Shown piece by piece: positions 16,261-26,255 of a stretch of 26,893 nt of DNA. The DNA comes from Opitutales bacterium. GTDB lineage: Bacteria > Verrucomicrobiota > Verrucomicrobiia > Opitutales > PNEW01. The stretch covers positions 1-26,893 of the forward strand of contig CBDANS010000003.1 in the NCBI GenBank assembly GCA_965197745.1, read 5' to 3'. The notes below the pieces were generated by a model that was not told the origin of the DNA, did not search any database, and saw only the letters and a program-made list of their open reading frames with translations. How positions within the stretch are numbered: the first letter of the stretch is position 1; every line of letters begins with the position of its first letter. The translations under genes were made by a program, and so were the position numbers.

Positions 16261-17358
16261 TTATACTTTTTGATACTCGGCAAGGATTGAGAGCAACTGG
16301 GTGTTCTCTCTTTCCGTCCCCACCGAGATGCGCAAATGCTCTTCTAGTGCGTATCCTTTTAATGGCCTGACAATAACTCCTTTTGCCTCTAAATATTGAT
16401 ACACTTTGTCGGAATTCTCAAATCGCACAAGCAGAAAATTAGCGCGACTGGGGACAACTTCGTACCCTAATTCAATCAAACCCTTTTCCAGTTGTATCAT
16501 ACCGGAATTATTGATGGCTTTACAGTGTTCGACATATTCATCGTCATCGAGAGCCGCGAGGGCTGCGGCCTGAGCGACACTTGAGACATTAAAAGGCGGC
16601 CGCACCCGGTTCAAAAGTTCAATCAGTTCGGAATCCCCATAACCATAACCAATGCGAAACCCTGCAAGCCCGTAAATTTTTGAGAAAGTGCGCAGGCAAA
16701 TAATTTTTTTTCCCGCGGCGATCGCGGGACGAAGATCGGGTGGGTCGTCAATGTATTCGGCGTAAGCTTCATCATAGACAAAAACGAGATGGTCCGGCAT
16801 ATCATCGATAAATTTCACGATGTCATTCTCTTCATTCCAAGTACCCGTTGGGTTATTGGGACTGGGCAGAAAGACAAGCTTGGTCTTTGCAGTAATGGCC
16901 TCAGCCATCCCCTTTAGATCATGCGTAAAATTGACAAGGGGAACCTCGATGGCATTTCCTCCAAATAGAAGGGTGAAAAGTTTGTAACTGATAAAGGCCG
17001 ATTTCCCCATGATGACATCAACCCCCGGTTCGATAAAAGCGTGACCGAGCATTTGGATGATTTCATTAGAGCCCGCTCCAAAGATGAGCTGTTCCAGCAA
17101 AACTCCTCGTTTTTCCGCCAGTTTTTCACGAAGAAAATAACAGCTGTTTTCCGGGTAAAAAGCGACTGCATCCATTGCTTCGTGAGCAGCAGCCAGTGCT
17201 TTGGGTGATACTCCCAGAGGATTTTCATTCGATGCCAGCTTAATAACATCGTCCGGATCGAGTCCGTATTCGAGAGCAACAAGTTCAATGGGACGACCGG
17301 GTTGGTAAATCGGCTGTTTCAACACAGAGGGTTTGACTAAATTGCTATAAGTGAGCAT
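16261..17358 (-). CDS. hisC: Histidinol-phosphate aminotransferase
   Basis: YQPG, KLASNENPLG, GAGSNE, PNNPTG, DEAY, RTFSKIYGLAGFRIGY and LRISVG motifs. Confidence 0.96.
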   Translation of the reverse strand: MLTYSNLVKPSVLKQPIYQPGRPIELVALEYGLDPDDVIKLASNENPLGVSPKALAAAHEAMDAVAFYPENSCYFLREKLAEKRGVLLEQLIFGAGSNEIIQMLGHAFIEPGVDVIMGKSAFISYKLFTLLFGGNAIEVPLVNFTHDLKGMAEAITAKTKLVFLPSPNNPTGTWNEENDIVKFIDDMPDHLVFVYDEAYAEYIDDPPDLRPAIAAGKKIICLRTFSKIYGLAGFRIGYGYGDSELIELLNRVRPPFNVSSVAQAAALAALDDDEYVEHCKAINNSGMIQLEKGLIELGYEVVPSRANFLLVRFENSDKVYQYLEAKGVIVRPLKGYALEEHLRISVGTERENTQLLSILAEYQKV

Positions 17359-17412
17359 GAGAAAATTCAGAAGCTTGCTACAAGCGACGTCAATTGCAAT
17401 AAAAAGCCTTCC

Positions 17413-18168
17413 ATGAATAACGGATCAGACCTATCAAATTTAAATTTTTATATCTATTCTGATCGAAGAGGTGATGCCTTCCAAAACATGGCTGATGATT
17501 TACTTCTACTCGAACACGTTGAGCTTCAAGATGCCGTTCGGTTTCGACACTACGAATGGAAAATGCCCGCTTATACCTTTGGCTACGGACAAAGCTATGC
17601 TGAAGTTAAGAACCGTGTTGAACAAACGAGCGTACAACTTTGCCGCCGGCCCACGGGCGGTGGTGTTGTCGATCACCGCAATGACTGGACATACACCCTG
17701 ATCCTCCCCCCGCGTCACCGGTTGGTTCGAGAACGGGCGCTGGTTGCCTACGGGTATACCCATAGAGCGTTAGCTGACGCTCTGATAGAACAAGGACAAC
17801 CTGCCGAGCTTATTTCTTGCCCCTCTGAAAAAGAGGGATCCGTTGACCACGGCAAGAGAGAGACGGGTGCGGTAACGCTCTGTTTCCAACAGGCCGTTTT
17901 GGATGACGTGATTAATCCGCAGTCCCAAATCAAGATCGCTGGGGCTGCATTAAAACGCAATCGCCATGGAATGCTTATCCAGGGTTCCATCAACCGCGCA
18001 GCAATGACAGTTGATCTGGATTGGGACGTTTTTAAATACAGCTTTGTGCATGACTTGTGCTCTACGCTTCAAACCAGGCACGAACATGTGTCCTGGAGTT
18101 CATCGGATACGCTGAGAAAAAAGATGCATAGCCGGCTTGCCGCAGATAGCTGGAATAAACGCCGGTGA
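17413..18168 (+). CDS. Lipoate-protein ligase A family protein (BPL/LplA/LipB catalytic domain only)
   Basis: NMADD, TFGYGQ, RRPTGGGVVDH, WTYT, CF, KIAGAA and QGS motifs. Confidence 0.88.
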   Translation: MNNGSDLSNLNFYIYSDRRGDAFQNMADDLLLLEHVELQDAVRFRHYEWKMPAYTFGYGQSYAEVKNRVEQTSVQLCRRPTGGGVVDHRNDWTYTLILPPRHRLVRERALVAYGYTHRALADALIEQGQPAELISCPSEKEGSVDHGKRETGAVTLCFQQAVLDDVINPQSQIKIAGAALKRNRHGMLIQGSINRAAMTVDLDWDVFKYSFVHDLCSTLQTRHEHVSWSSSDTLRKKMHSRLAADSWNKRR

Positions 18169-18194
18169 ATGTCAGTCCGGGTTTTCTCTATCCG

Positions 18195-18223
18195 TTCGGG
18201 TCAGACTGCGCTGTCCCGAATTT
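18195..18223 (+). terminator. Possible terminator hairpin between convergent genes
   Basis: TTCGGG-T-CAG / CTG-T-CCCGAA followed by a short TTT. Confidence 0.3.
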
Positions 18224-18235
18224 AAACGCCCATTT

Positions 18236-19477
18236 TCAAATCTTCTTAACAAGCGTCACGACATTTTCAATATGCCGGGTTTGCGGAAATAGATCGAATG
18301 GTTGAACACAACTCACGTTATAACCATTATTTATAAAAATTGCCAAGTCGCGCGCCTGGGTAGCCGGATCACATGACACATAAACTACCTTCATAGGGGC
18401 ATAAGTTACGAGTTGATTTAAAAACGCAGATTCACAGCCTTTGCGTGGAGGATCGATAACAACAGCAGTAGCTTCAGGAGCAAAATCAATAGCCGTGAAT
18501 ACATTCTCCGCCTGACCAACGATAAACTCGGCATTGTTTATATTATTAACCATCGCGTTTGCGTTCGCCCAGTGAATGGGAATAGCGCTGATTTCTATGC
18601 CTGTAACTCTTTCAAAATTCGGTGCTGCTGAAATGCAGAACACTCCTACGCCGCAATAGGCATCTACGAGGAACCGGATACCTTCACCCTGTGTTTCTTT
18701 AACGACATGCTCGACCATGTCAGCCAGGATGAATGGATTATTCTGAAAAAACTCACCGGCTTGAAACTGGAAGAGAGAGTCTCCTACTTTCTCTGAAACT
18801 ACGGCATTATGATCGGTCACTACCCCATCAAGCGTGTCCCTTAATAAAAGGGTCCCGCCCCTGCGGTACTGCCCTAACCCTAAATTGACCATTTCACGTT
18901 CCCGGGGAAGTGTCTCATTGATGGCCTCAGTGGCGATAGGACAGCGGGGTATATCTACTATCCTTCGTGAATCATTTTTTTTGAATCCAATTTCTGTCGG
19001 TTTTCCTTTTTTAGGTTTTTGAAAGTGCGGGGTGATTTTTGAGCGATACCCGTATTGACGCGGTGATCGATGCGCAGGATTCACCTGAATCTCAACACCC
19101 GTCTGCCGCTTAAAACCCTCTTTGATCTGACGCGTTTTCCATAATAGCTGCTGCTCGTAAGTAAGATGCTGGTATTGGCACCCACCGCAGACTCCGAAAA
19201 GTTCACAGCGCGGCACTACGCGATGGGAAGATGATACTAACAATTCCAGGAGATCAGCATCAGAATAGTTTTTATAGTTGCGCCAGATCCTGGCGCGCAC
19301 TTTTTCCCCGGGCAGGGTGAATGGGACCATCACGACCCAACCGTTCAGACGTCCAACTCCTGTTCCCTCATTTGTCAGAGAAGAAATTTCAACCGTGATC
19401 TCTTCATGATAAGCAAAAGGTTCAGGTCGGAAATCTCGCGGGGGTTTTCTCTCAACCGGATCAGTCACTATTTTCAT
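18236..19477 (-). CDS. RlmD/TrmA-family RNA (uracil-C5)-methyltransferase with TRAM domain and Fe-S cysteines
   Basis: LPGE, CELFGVCGGCQYQ, YGYR, FFQNN, DAYCGVG, DPPRKG, YVSCDPAT and FDLFPQTRHIE motifs. Confidence 0.93.
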   Translation of the reverse strand: MKIVTDPVERKPPRDFRPEPFAYHEEITVEISSLTNEGTGVGRLNGWVVMVPFTLPGEKVRARIWRNYKNYSDADLLELLVSSSHRVVPRCELFGVCGGCQYQHLTYEQQLLWKTRQIKEGFKRQTGVEIQVNPAHRSPRQYGYRSKITPHFQKPKKGKPTEIGFKKNDSRRIVDIPRCPIATEAINETLPREREMVNLGLGQYRRGGTLLLRDTLDGVVTDHNAVVSEKVGDSLFQFQAGEFFQNNPFILADMVEHVVKETQGEGIRFLVDAYCGVGVFCISAAPNFERVTGIEISAIPIHWANANAMVNNINNAEFIVGQAENVFTAIDFAPEATAVVIDPPRKGCESAFLNQLVTYAPMKVVYVSCDPATQARDLAIFINNGYNVSCVQPFDLFPQTRHIENVVTLVKKI

Positions 19478-19483
19478 ATCAGA

Positions 19484-20056
19484 TTATTCTTTTCTGTTAC
19501 CCCTGGGCTTTAAGGGCTCACAGGGATTTCCGACACATATCATGTCGTCAGGCATGTCCTTAGTGACAATAGAGCATGCACCAATGACAGAGCCGCGGCC
19601 GATTCTTATCCCGGGTTGAATAAATGCCCGCGCCCCTATAAAGGCATCCTCACCAATGGTGATTTTTCCTGTTCTTAGAGGGAGAGCGGGATCATCAAAG
19701 TTATGGGTGCCGGTGCACAGATAAGCTTCCTGGGCAACTGTGGCCCTGGCCCTAATTTCAATCTCTCCAAGGGTGTAGGCGTTTGATCGATCGCCGAGAC
19801 ACGCGCGGTCATAAAGCGTTAAATTCCAGGGAAGAGCAATGCGCGCCCGCTGGTGGACAAACGGGTATCCTTTGATAGTAGCACCAAAAATCCTCAGCCA
19901 GATAAGTCGCCAGAAGTTTAAAGGTTTTGGAGTCCATCGACACAAAATTAACCAGCAACAATCCCATAAGAACATGCCTATCCGTTGGCCAGACGTCCAT
20001 GGACTCTGGTATGCCTTTTCCTGATCAGCACTTGGAATTGTCGTTTTCTTATTCAT
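19484..20056 (-). CDS. WcaF-like hexapeptide-repeat acetyltransferase
   Basis: WTPKP..FWR..WLRIFGA, PWNL, YLCTGTH and hexapeptide repeats ending GNP. Confidence 0.9.
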   Translation of the reverse strand: MNKKTTIPSADQEKAYQSPWTSGQRIGMFLWDCCWLILCRWTPKPLNFWRLIWLRIFGATIKGYPFVHQRARIALPWNLTLYDRACLGDRSNAYTLGEIEIRARATVAQEAYLCTGTHNFDDPALPLRTGKITIGEDAFIGARAFIQPGIRIGRGSVIGACSIVTKDMPDDMICVGNPCEPLKPRGNRKE

Positions 20057-21183
20057 AGACTAGCGGTCGAAGAAAAATCATTTAGATATAATTTCGCAAT
20101 CTTTACTAATGCGTATTGTTCAGCCGTTTTTCGGGCTTCAAGAGACGCGCCCTTCAAGGTTTCACGGTCTTCGAGCACAGTGACAAGTTTGGCCGATAAT
20201 TTTTTTTCCGGTTCCGATTCGCGATGATTAAAAATAAACCCATTTATATTTTCCTTCACGAAATCCTTAAAACAATCCAGGGCTGAAACTAATACCGGAC
20301 AACCGAAAGCCATCGCTTCAAGCGGGGCCAAACCGAATGTTTCTCCTTTTTCCGCTATCGAGGGATAGAGGAACAACGCGGCACCTCGGTATAAATCGGC
20401 CAACTTTTCCTGGTCAAAAACGGGTCCCGTCCAATCGAAATTACACTCACTGTCTGAAGCCATTTTTTTTAAATAATTAAAATACGATTGCCCCCCTCCA
20501 CCCTGGGAAACTTCCCACGGTCCGACCATGCGGACAAGTAAATTTTTTCGCATTGATAGGTTTAATAAAGCTACAGATTTAACCAATAGATCCAGACCTT
20601 TCTCGGGATGTATCCGACCTGCATAAAGCAAAGTTAGTGGATCCGTTGATTTTGAGCGATTATCCGATTCAGCTATGGGTGGCAGGTTGACCGGATAGGG
20701 AATGACTTTTATTTTATTTTTTAATCCAGGAGCTTGATTTACCATTTCATCGGCAATGGGCTGTGACACCGTTTGCAGTCGAGCAGCACGACGATAATAC
20801 TTAAGCTGACCCTTGGGGTAGCGCCCTACATGCACATACAGTTTACCGAATTTAGGATTTCGAACGAGAACCGGTAACCAGAAAGTGTTAGTTACCAGTA
20901 TGTCTGCGGATGGCAAAATCCTGCGCACTTTAAGTGAATAAAGCAGATCATAGAGTTTCAACGACAACAGTGAACGCGGAGTGGCATAACCCGCTATTCT
21001 CCTGTAGCGCACCCTATCAACATCTTCCTCCTCGGGTAAACCGGGATACTGACGTGATAAATGGGTGACCGCGTGCCCCTGTCGGGCAAATTCGCGGCCA
21101 AGGCTATACCACACTTTTTCCACCGCCCCACCCAACAATGGGGGGACAGGCAGGAAAGCTCCTTGCACAATGGTAATTTTCAT
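20053..21183 (-). CDS. Glycosyltransferase family 4
   Basis: GGAVEK, YAGRIHPEKG and ETFGLAPLEAMAFG motifs. Confidence 0.93.
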   Translation of the reverse strand: MKITIVQGAFLPVPPLLGGAVEKVWYSLGREFARQGHAVTHLSRQYPGLPEEEDVDRVRYRRIAGYATPRSLLSLKLYDLLYSLKVRRILPSADILVTNTFWLPVLVRNPKFGKLYVHVGRYPKGQLKYYRRAARLQTVSQPIADEMVNQAPGLKNKIKVIPYPVNLPPIAESDNRSKSTDPLTLLYAGRIHPEKGLDLLVKSVALLNLSMRKNLLVRMVGPWEVSQGGGGQSYFNYLKKMASDSECNFDWTGPVFDQEKLADLYRGAALFLYPSIAEKGETFGLAPLEAMAFGCPVLVSALDCFKDFVKENINGFIFNHRESEPEKKLSAKLVTVLEDRETLKGASLEARKTAEQYALVKIAKLYLNDFSSTASL

Positions 21184-22364
21184 TAATCCTGAGCGGGAGA
21201 ATTTAAGACTTGGATGAGGTTTTGGACCGCCAATTCGACATCAAAGTATTTTTCATAGCAGTATCGCGCGTTCTTCCCGTGGGACTTCCAATCTTCCGGA
21301 TTCGTTTCCAGCCAACGACGGATTAGCTTTTCGCAACCATCAAGCGTATCATTCTCCACATAACCCGCGCATTCCTCTTCGATCTCGCGCCAGATATTGA
21401 CTTTGTTAGAAATAAGCACTGGCGTAGCCGTGGCCAAAGCTTCAACCACGGCAATACCAAAATTCTCCTGATGGGATGGAAGAATAAAAGCATTTGCGGC
21501 ATGAATACCGCCCCACTTTATGTCACCCTGTATCATTCCGGTCCAATAGATACGTTTAGCAATACCTGGTCCCGTGCTATTTATCAGTTCTTTTAAGGAT
21601 TGGAGGTATCTTTCATTGGCACATGGTCCGGCAATTACCAGATTTACATTATCATCCAAGGGTCTACTGGCGTCGTTAATTAATCGGCCAAACGCCTGGA
21701 TGAGCAGATCGATACCTTTTTTTTCGTGAATGCGACCCAGGTAAAAGAGCAAACGTTTGTTTTCTAATTGCGGAAATTGATCAAAATAAATTTTCTTTTG
21801 CATCGCTGCATCCCCATCGGGTGTGGCTGTTCCGTAATGGACGACCACTTCATTGCAGCTATAGGGTCTGAAGGATCGTTGAGCGAGAATGCGTTCTTCT
21901 TCACTAGTAAAAAGAACAGCGCGGGCTTCTTTTAAAACAAGGTATTCAGCCAGGAGCCAGTAGATGCTTTTCTTGATGTTTTTAAAAGGGTATGCTTTTC
22001 TAAACCAGGGGTCGAGCATGCCGTGGGGATAAACGTAATAAGGAAGTCTGGTTTTACGCAGCACTCGCCAGGCACCATAACCTGTATATTGCCATAATCC
22101 ATGAATGATGACACAATCATACTTCGAGAAATTAGTTTCGAACCAGGGAACTAACTTAGGCGTGTATCCGTAGGCATTAGCAACCGGGCCAAGGGCATGA
22201 ACCGTTAAAGAATTCTCATCCAGCCAGGAGGAATCGGGTGCATCAAGACAAACAACCTCGACATTATGACCTGACTTTTGCAGGGCTTTTGAGATTTGCC
22301 TGATCCCCTCACCCGGCCCGCCAATATCGGGATTGAGGGAGTGAATGCATCTTAAGATGCGCAT
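21183..22364 (-). CDS. Glycosyltransferase family 4
   Basis: GGP, HGLW, PHGMLDPW, LGRIHEKKG and PSHQENFGIAVVEALA motifs. Confidence 0.93.
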   Translation of the reverse strand: MRILRCIHSLNPDIGGPGEGIRQISKALQKSGHNVEVVCLDAPDSSWLDENSLTVHALGPVANAYGYTPKLVPWFETNFSKYDCVIIHGLWQYTGYGAWRVLRKTRLPYYVYPHGMLDPWFRKAYPFKNIKKSIYWLLAEYLVLKEARAVLFTSEEERILAQRSFRPYSCNEVVVHYGTATPDGDAAMQKKIYFDQFPQLENKRLLFYLGRIHEKKGIDLLIQAFGRLINDASRPLDDNVNLVIAGPCANERYLQSLKELINSTGPGIAKRIYWTGMIQGDIKWGGIHAANAFILPSHQENFGIAVVEALATATPVLISNKVNIWREIEEECAGYVENDTLDGCEKLIRRWLETNPEDWKSHGKNARYCYEKYFDVELAVQNLIQVLNSPAQD

Positions 22365-22393
22365 AATTTTATTAACAGAGAAAGGAAGGCTGT

Positions 22394-23581
22394 TTAATTA
22401 CGATGGTGATCAATCAGCTCACGATAAAGGTCTATATAAGCATAAATCATTTTAGTCGTAGAAAAACGTTTAGCATTTTCGAAACCTTTTTCACGCAATT
22501 CATGAACAAGCATTTCCGAAGAAAGAATATTATTAACGTGCGCAACATAGGCAGCATTGTCTGACGGTTCCGCAATTAGCGCGCTTGTCTCCAGCACTTC
22601 TTTCAAGGAACCACAATGACTGGCCACCACCGGGCAACCGCAGGCCTGCGCCTCAAGAGGAGGCCAACCGAACCCCTCGTAATGGGAAGGGTAAAGTAAA
22701 AGTTCAGCCGTTGAATATAAAGCCTGTAACTCCTCGTGAGTGAGGTTTTGCGGATTATCTACTCGGGATGATAGACTATGATTTCGTATGTATTCTAATT
22801 GTTCGGAAGAAAGTGCTTTGCCTGCAAAGACGATTTGGAGCTTTGGGTCGGGTTGTTCCTGCAACACCCGGTGAAATATTTTCAGCACCCCCAGGCGATT
22901 TTTATACCAGGAATCATTGCCAACATGGAGAATAAATCGGGCATCGTTTGGCAAATTCATATCGCGCAATATTAGCCGCGCATCATGATGATCCATCCGA
23001 GTAAATTTATAGTTGAAACCGGCATGTATGGTGGAACTATCACGCTTTCGCTTGGGATCCATGTCGATAAGATCCTTGCGCGTATTATGCGAGTCGCATG
23101 CGATATAACGAGCAGCCGTCAGTCCCTTTAGAATATTGTATTGAAGGTATCGTCCCGATAGACGCGTAGGGTTTTGAGGAAAGTCTCCGCGAGCGGAACG
23201 AATTGCCATAAGGTCGTGACAGGTCACAAGATGAGGAAATTCGGCAATATACTTAACATATATCGCATTGGAGTGGTCACAAATATGAATAAGGGGCAAC
23301 AGGTCAGTACTGCTCTTTAAAGATTTTTTTAATGGAGCTATCTTTTGTTTTAGAACACGGGGGAAAACGAGTAATTTATCAAAATAACCCAATAACTTTC
23401 CCAGACCCCTGGATCCAGAATTATGTTTAGCAAAAAAAGGTTCAGGCTGAATTAATTCTGCATTCATTCCGGACATTTTTAATTCCCGCGCGAGAGTATT
23501 TGAAAACAGTTGCATACTGTATTGGCCATCCGGCACATAATTGCCGACGAGCACAATTTTACCCGACCAATTCGCATCCAT
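22394..23581 (-). CDS. Glycosyltransferase family 4
   Basis: HICDHSN, TCHD, HVG...YKN and YPSHYEGFGWPPLEAQACG motifs. Confidence 0.93.
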   Translation of the reverse strand: MDANWSGKIVLVGNYVPDGQYSMQLFSNTLARELKMSGMNAELIQPEPFFAKHNSGSRGLGKLLGYFDKLLVFPRVLKQKIAPLKKSLKSSTDLLPLIHICDHSNAIYVKYIAEFPHLVTCHDLMAIRSARGDFPQNPTRLSGRYLQYNILKGLTAARYIACDSHNTRKDLIDMDPKRKRDSSTIHAGFNYKFTRMDHHDARLILRDMNLPNDARFILHVGNDSWYKNRLGVLKIFHRVLQEQPDPKLQIVFAGKALSSEQLEYIRNHSLSSRVDNPQNLTHEELQALYSTAELLLYPSHYEGFGWPPLEAQACGCPVVASHCGSLKEVLETSALIAEPSDNAAYVAHVNNILSSEMLVHELREKGFENAKRFSTTKMIYAYIDLYRELIDHHRN

Positions 23582-24936
23582 CAGGCGGTGGATATCTGAG
23601 ATCTATTCTTGTTGAGCCCCTGTCCAGAAGGTATTTTAACCCGATTGCGAGCAGGTGATAAATTATTCAAACTGGTTCTCGATGCGGCCAGGGTCAATCC
23701 GGCGCCAAAAATCGCAAATCCCAATGTTGTGGCCTGCCCAAACTGCCCCGTAAGAATCAGTAAAAAGCAACTGCCAAAAAGCAGCATGGGCAGAATATTA
23801 CCGGCACGAGCGCTAATTGCAGCCACTCTAAAAAGATAAACGCAAATGGAAACTCTTAAGATGATGTAAATTAATCCTATAATCGGTCCCGACTCCAAAA
23901 ATATCCTCGCCCACTCACCTTCTGCTAATAAGAAACTAAGTTCTCCGGTTAAAAGCCTGGCCCCAACATTAGTTCCCACGCCGAGCCCATACCCAAAGAG
24001 AGGTGCTTTTTTCATCGCTTTATATCCAGATGTAAAATCACCAAAAATTCTTTCCGACCAATTCGCAGCTTTGCCCACCACCCCTACTTCGGCGTCCCCT
24101 GTTTGCACCAGTCTTTCCTGAAATACGATACGCCCCTCTTGATATATATCCAAATTAGTCGCAATAAGCATGATCAATCCTGCGGAAACGATAAGACTGA
24201 AGATCCTCCGTGAGACAAGGGAATGGTTAAAGTAATAGATGACCCCCACCATAATCATGACCAGACCTATACTTCCCAGGACTAATCGTGAAGAAGAAAC
24301 CGCGGTGCCGATGACCATGGAAAAGCCACTTAAATAGAGTAGCAATTTTACATATACTCCATTTTTTAAAAATCCATAGGCAAGAAATGAAGCGCATAAA
24401 GCGAGGAACTGAGCAGCCCCGGTGATAAAGGAAAATAAACCAGGCGGTCGTACTTTACCCATCACGCTTGGCATTTGAGAACCGGGAGTAGCACCGGGAC
24501 CATAGTTCCAATAATCGTCGGGACCGGCTTTGAACTGAAGCACCATCAACACCCCCATGGGTAATGCAAGTATTAATACCCACCTGCCTATTTTGATTAC
24601 ATCTTTCAGGGTAAAAACCTGCGGGATTAAGAAGATCAGAGGTAGATGCAGAAAGTTAGCCTTGATCCCATAAAGCATAACAATGAGATTTGCCTCCTCC
24701 GCAAAAAGGGTTAAAACAAATGAAAAGAATGTTAATACGATGCAGAAAAGGATATTTTTATTAATGGGAAATTGATTCTTCGATATAGCGAGAAAATAAA
24801 TGGCGATAAGCACCGGATCCCGAACAATGAGAAGTGGGTTTGAAATTTGAGGAAAGATCCATTTCCGCAAGACGCCTTCGAACATGAGAAGAATAAATTA
24901 TAACCAAATCAAATTTTTGATCAGTCTCGGGTCCAT
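23581..24936 (-). CDS. Wzy/O-antigen-ligase-like polytopic membrane protein with a premature TAA at codon 13 (24900-24898); intact from internal ATG 24885
   Basis: Reads MDPRLIKNLIWL*FILLMFEGVLRKW from ATG 24936, 6 nt after the upstream stop. About 10-11 TM helices, with RPPGLFSF, SSSR and GYGLGVGTN motifs, inside a glycosyltransferase cluster. Confidence 0.72.
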
Positions 24937-24942
24937 AATGAG

Positions 24943-26181
24943 TCAATTGTTACTGATAACATTTTTTATAGATGATACAAGCTGCTCACCGTAACGTTGC
25001 CATCTATATTCTCGTGATGTCTCTAATGCATTATTTTTCATTTCTTCTAATAAATCATGGTCGCGATACAATAATTCCAATTTCTCTGTAATGGCTTCTG
25101 CTGAACGTATCGGGACGATAAATCCATCTTTACCATTTGTAAGAATATCGGGTCCTGCCGTATGGGCAGTAGTAATCACAGGAAGTCCTCGGGATAATGC
25201 CTCCAGAATAACGAGTCCGAAACCTTCAAATAATGAGGGGAAAATTAATACATCGTGACCCCCCATTGCCTTGAGGATATCATCATGGGAAAGCGAAGCA
25301 ATCCATGTGTGATGATTGAGGTGTTGATCGAGAATTTTACACCCCTCAGGCCTTCGTCCGATAACTGTAAGATTCACCATTCCTTTTAAGGAAGCGATTG
25401 CCTCAAATAAATAGGATATACCCTTGCGTTGGCTCAGTCCTCCAACGAAAAAGGCACGCAGCGGTTTCCCATCTGCTCTCGCGGGTGGAATTTGAGGCGC
25501 CGGCATGGGTGCTCCGTATGGAATCACTTCAACATCAGCCTGAAATTTTGGCGCCAGCATCAAGGTTTCTCGGGTAAATGAGCTGGCTACGAAGATATAA
25601 TCTGCGAGATTCAGTTCATCATCTTTACGTGCCAGTTTATCTTCGGGCTCATTCAGTGCTGGTATCGTCATACGCCACAATGGTTGTTTTTCTGCCTCTT
25701 CGAAAAGTATCTCATGCCCTGATCGCCAATAGCCTATTGGTAAGTCATAAAATTTAATCAGACCTCTCATTTTAGCAGCTTTAAAGCTTTTTAAGCACCC
25801 GTCTTCGTAACCGTATAGAGCTTTAGTGACGTCCGGTATTTTACTCGATTCTATATCTTCAGCTAATTGTGAATCCAGATTAAAATAAACTTTATCTATA
25901 GCAGACCTAGTACTAACCTTACCCCCAATGGGTAAAAGGATGTTAGATCTTAAAAATCGAATGAGTTCTGAATATAAATGGCTCTTGATAAGGTGTTGAG
26001 GAATATCATAACTGCGCCGACTCAACTGTTTTGTCATAATAGGATAAAGCGCTTTCAATATCCTATTTTCAGATGAATACCCAAGCGTGGTGTAGTAGGA
26101 AGCCAAAATATTTTCGCGATTGAGACTGGTGAGAACACCTCGAACATTCGCATTACCAGTGGGATGGATTATTGTAACCAT
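24943..26181 (-). CDS. Glycosyltransferase family 4
   Basis: FVGGLSQRKG and FPSLFEGFGLVILEALSRGLPVI motifs. Confidence 0.93.
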   Translation of the reverse strand: MVTIIHPTGNANVRGVLTSLNRENILASYYTTLGYSSENRILKALYPIMTKQLSRRSYDIPQHLIKSHLYSELIRFLRSNILLPIGGKVSTRSAIDKVYFNLDSQLAEDIESSKIPDVTKALYGYEDGCLKSFKAAKMRGLIKFYDLPIGYWRSGHEILFEEAEKQPLWRMTIPALNEPEDKLARKDDELNLADYIFVASSFTRETLMLAPKFQADVEVIPYGAPMPAPQIPPARADGKPLRAFFVGGLSQRKGISYLFEAIASLKGMVNLTVIGRRPEGCKILDQHLNHHTWIASLSHDDILKAMGGHDVLIFPSLFEGFGLVILEALSRGLPVITTAHTAGPDILTNGKDGFIVPIRSAEAITEKLELLYRDHDLLEEMKNNALETSREYRWQRYGEQLVSSIKNVISNN

Positions 26182-26255
26182 ATAGATGATACAGGTTTCA
26201 AGGACTGAACTTATTCCGTCCCTGAATATAATGATGATGCGTAAATGAAATTAGA

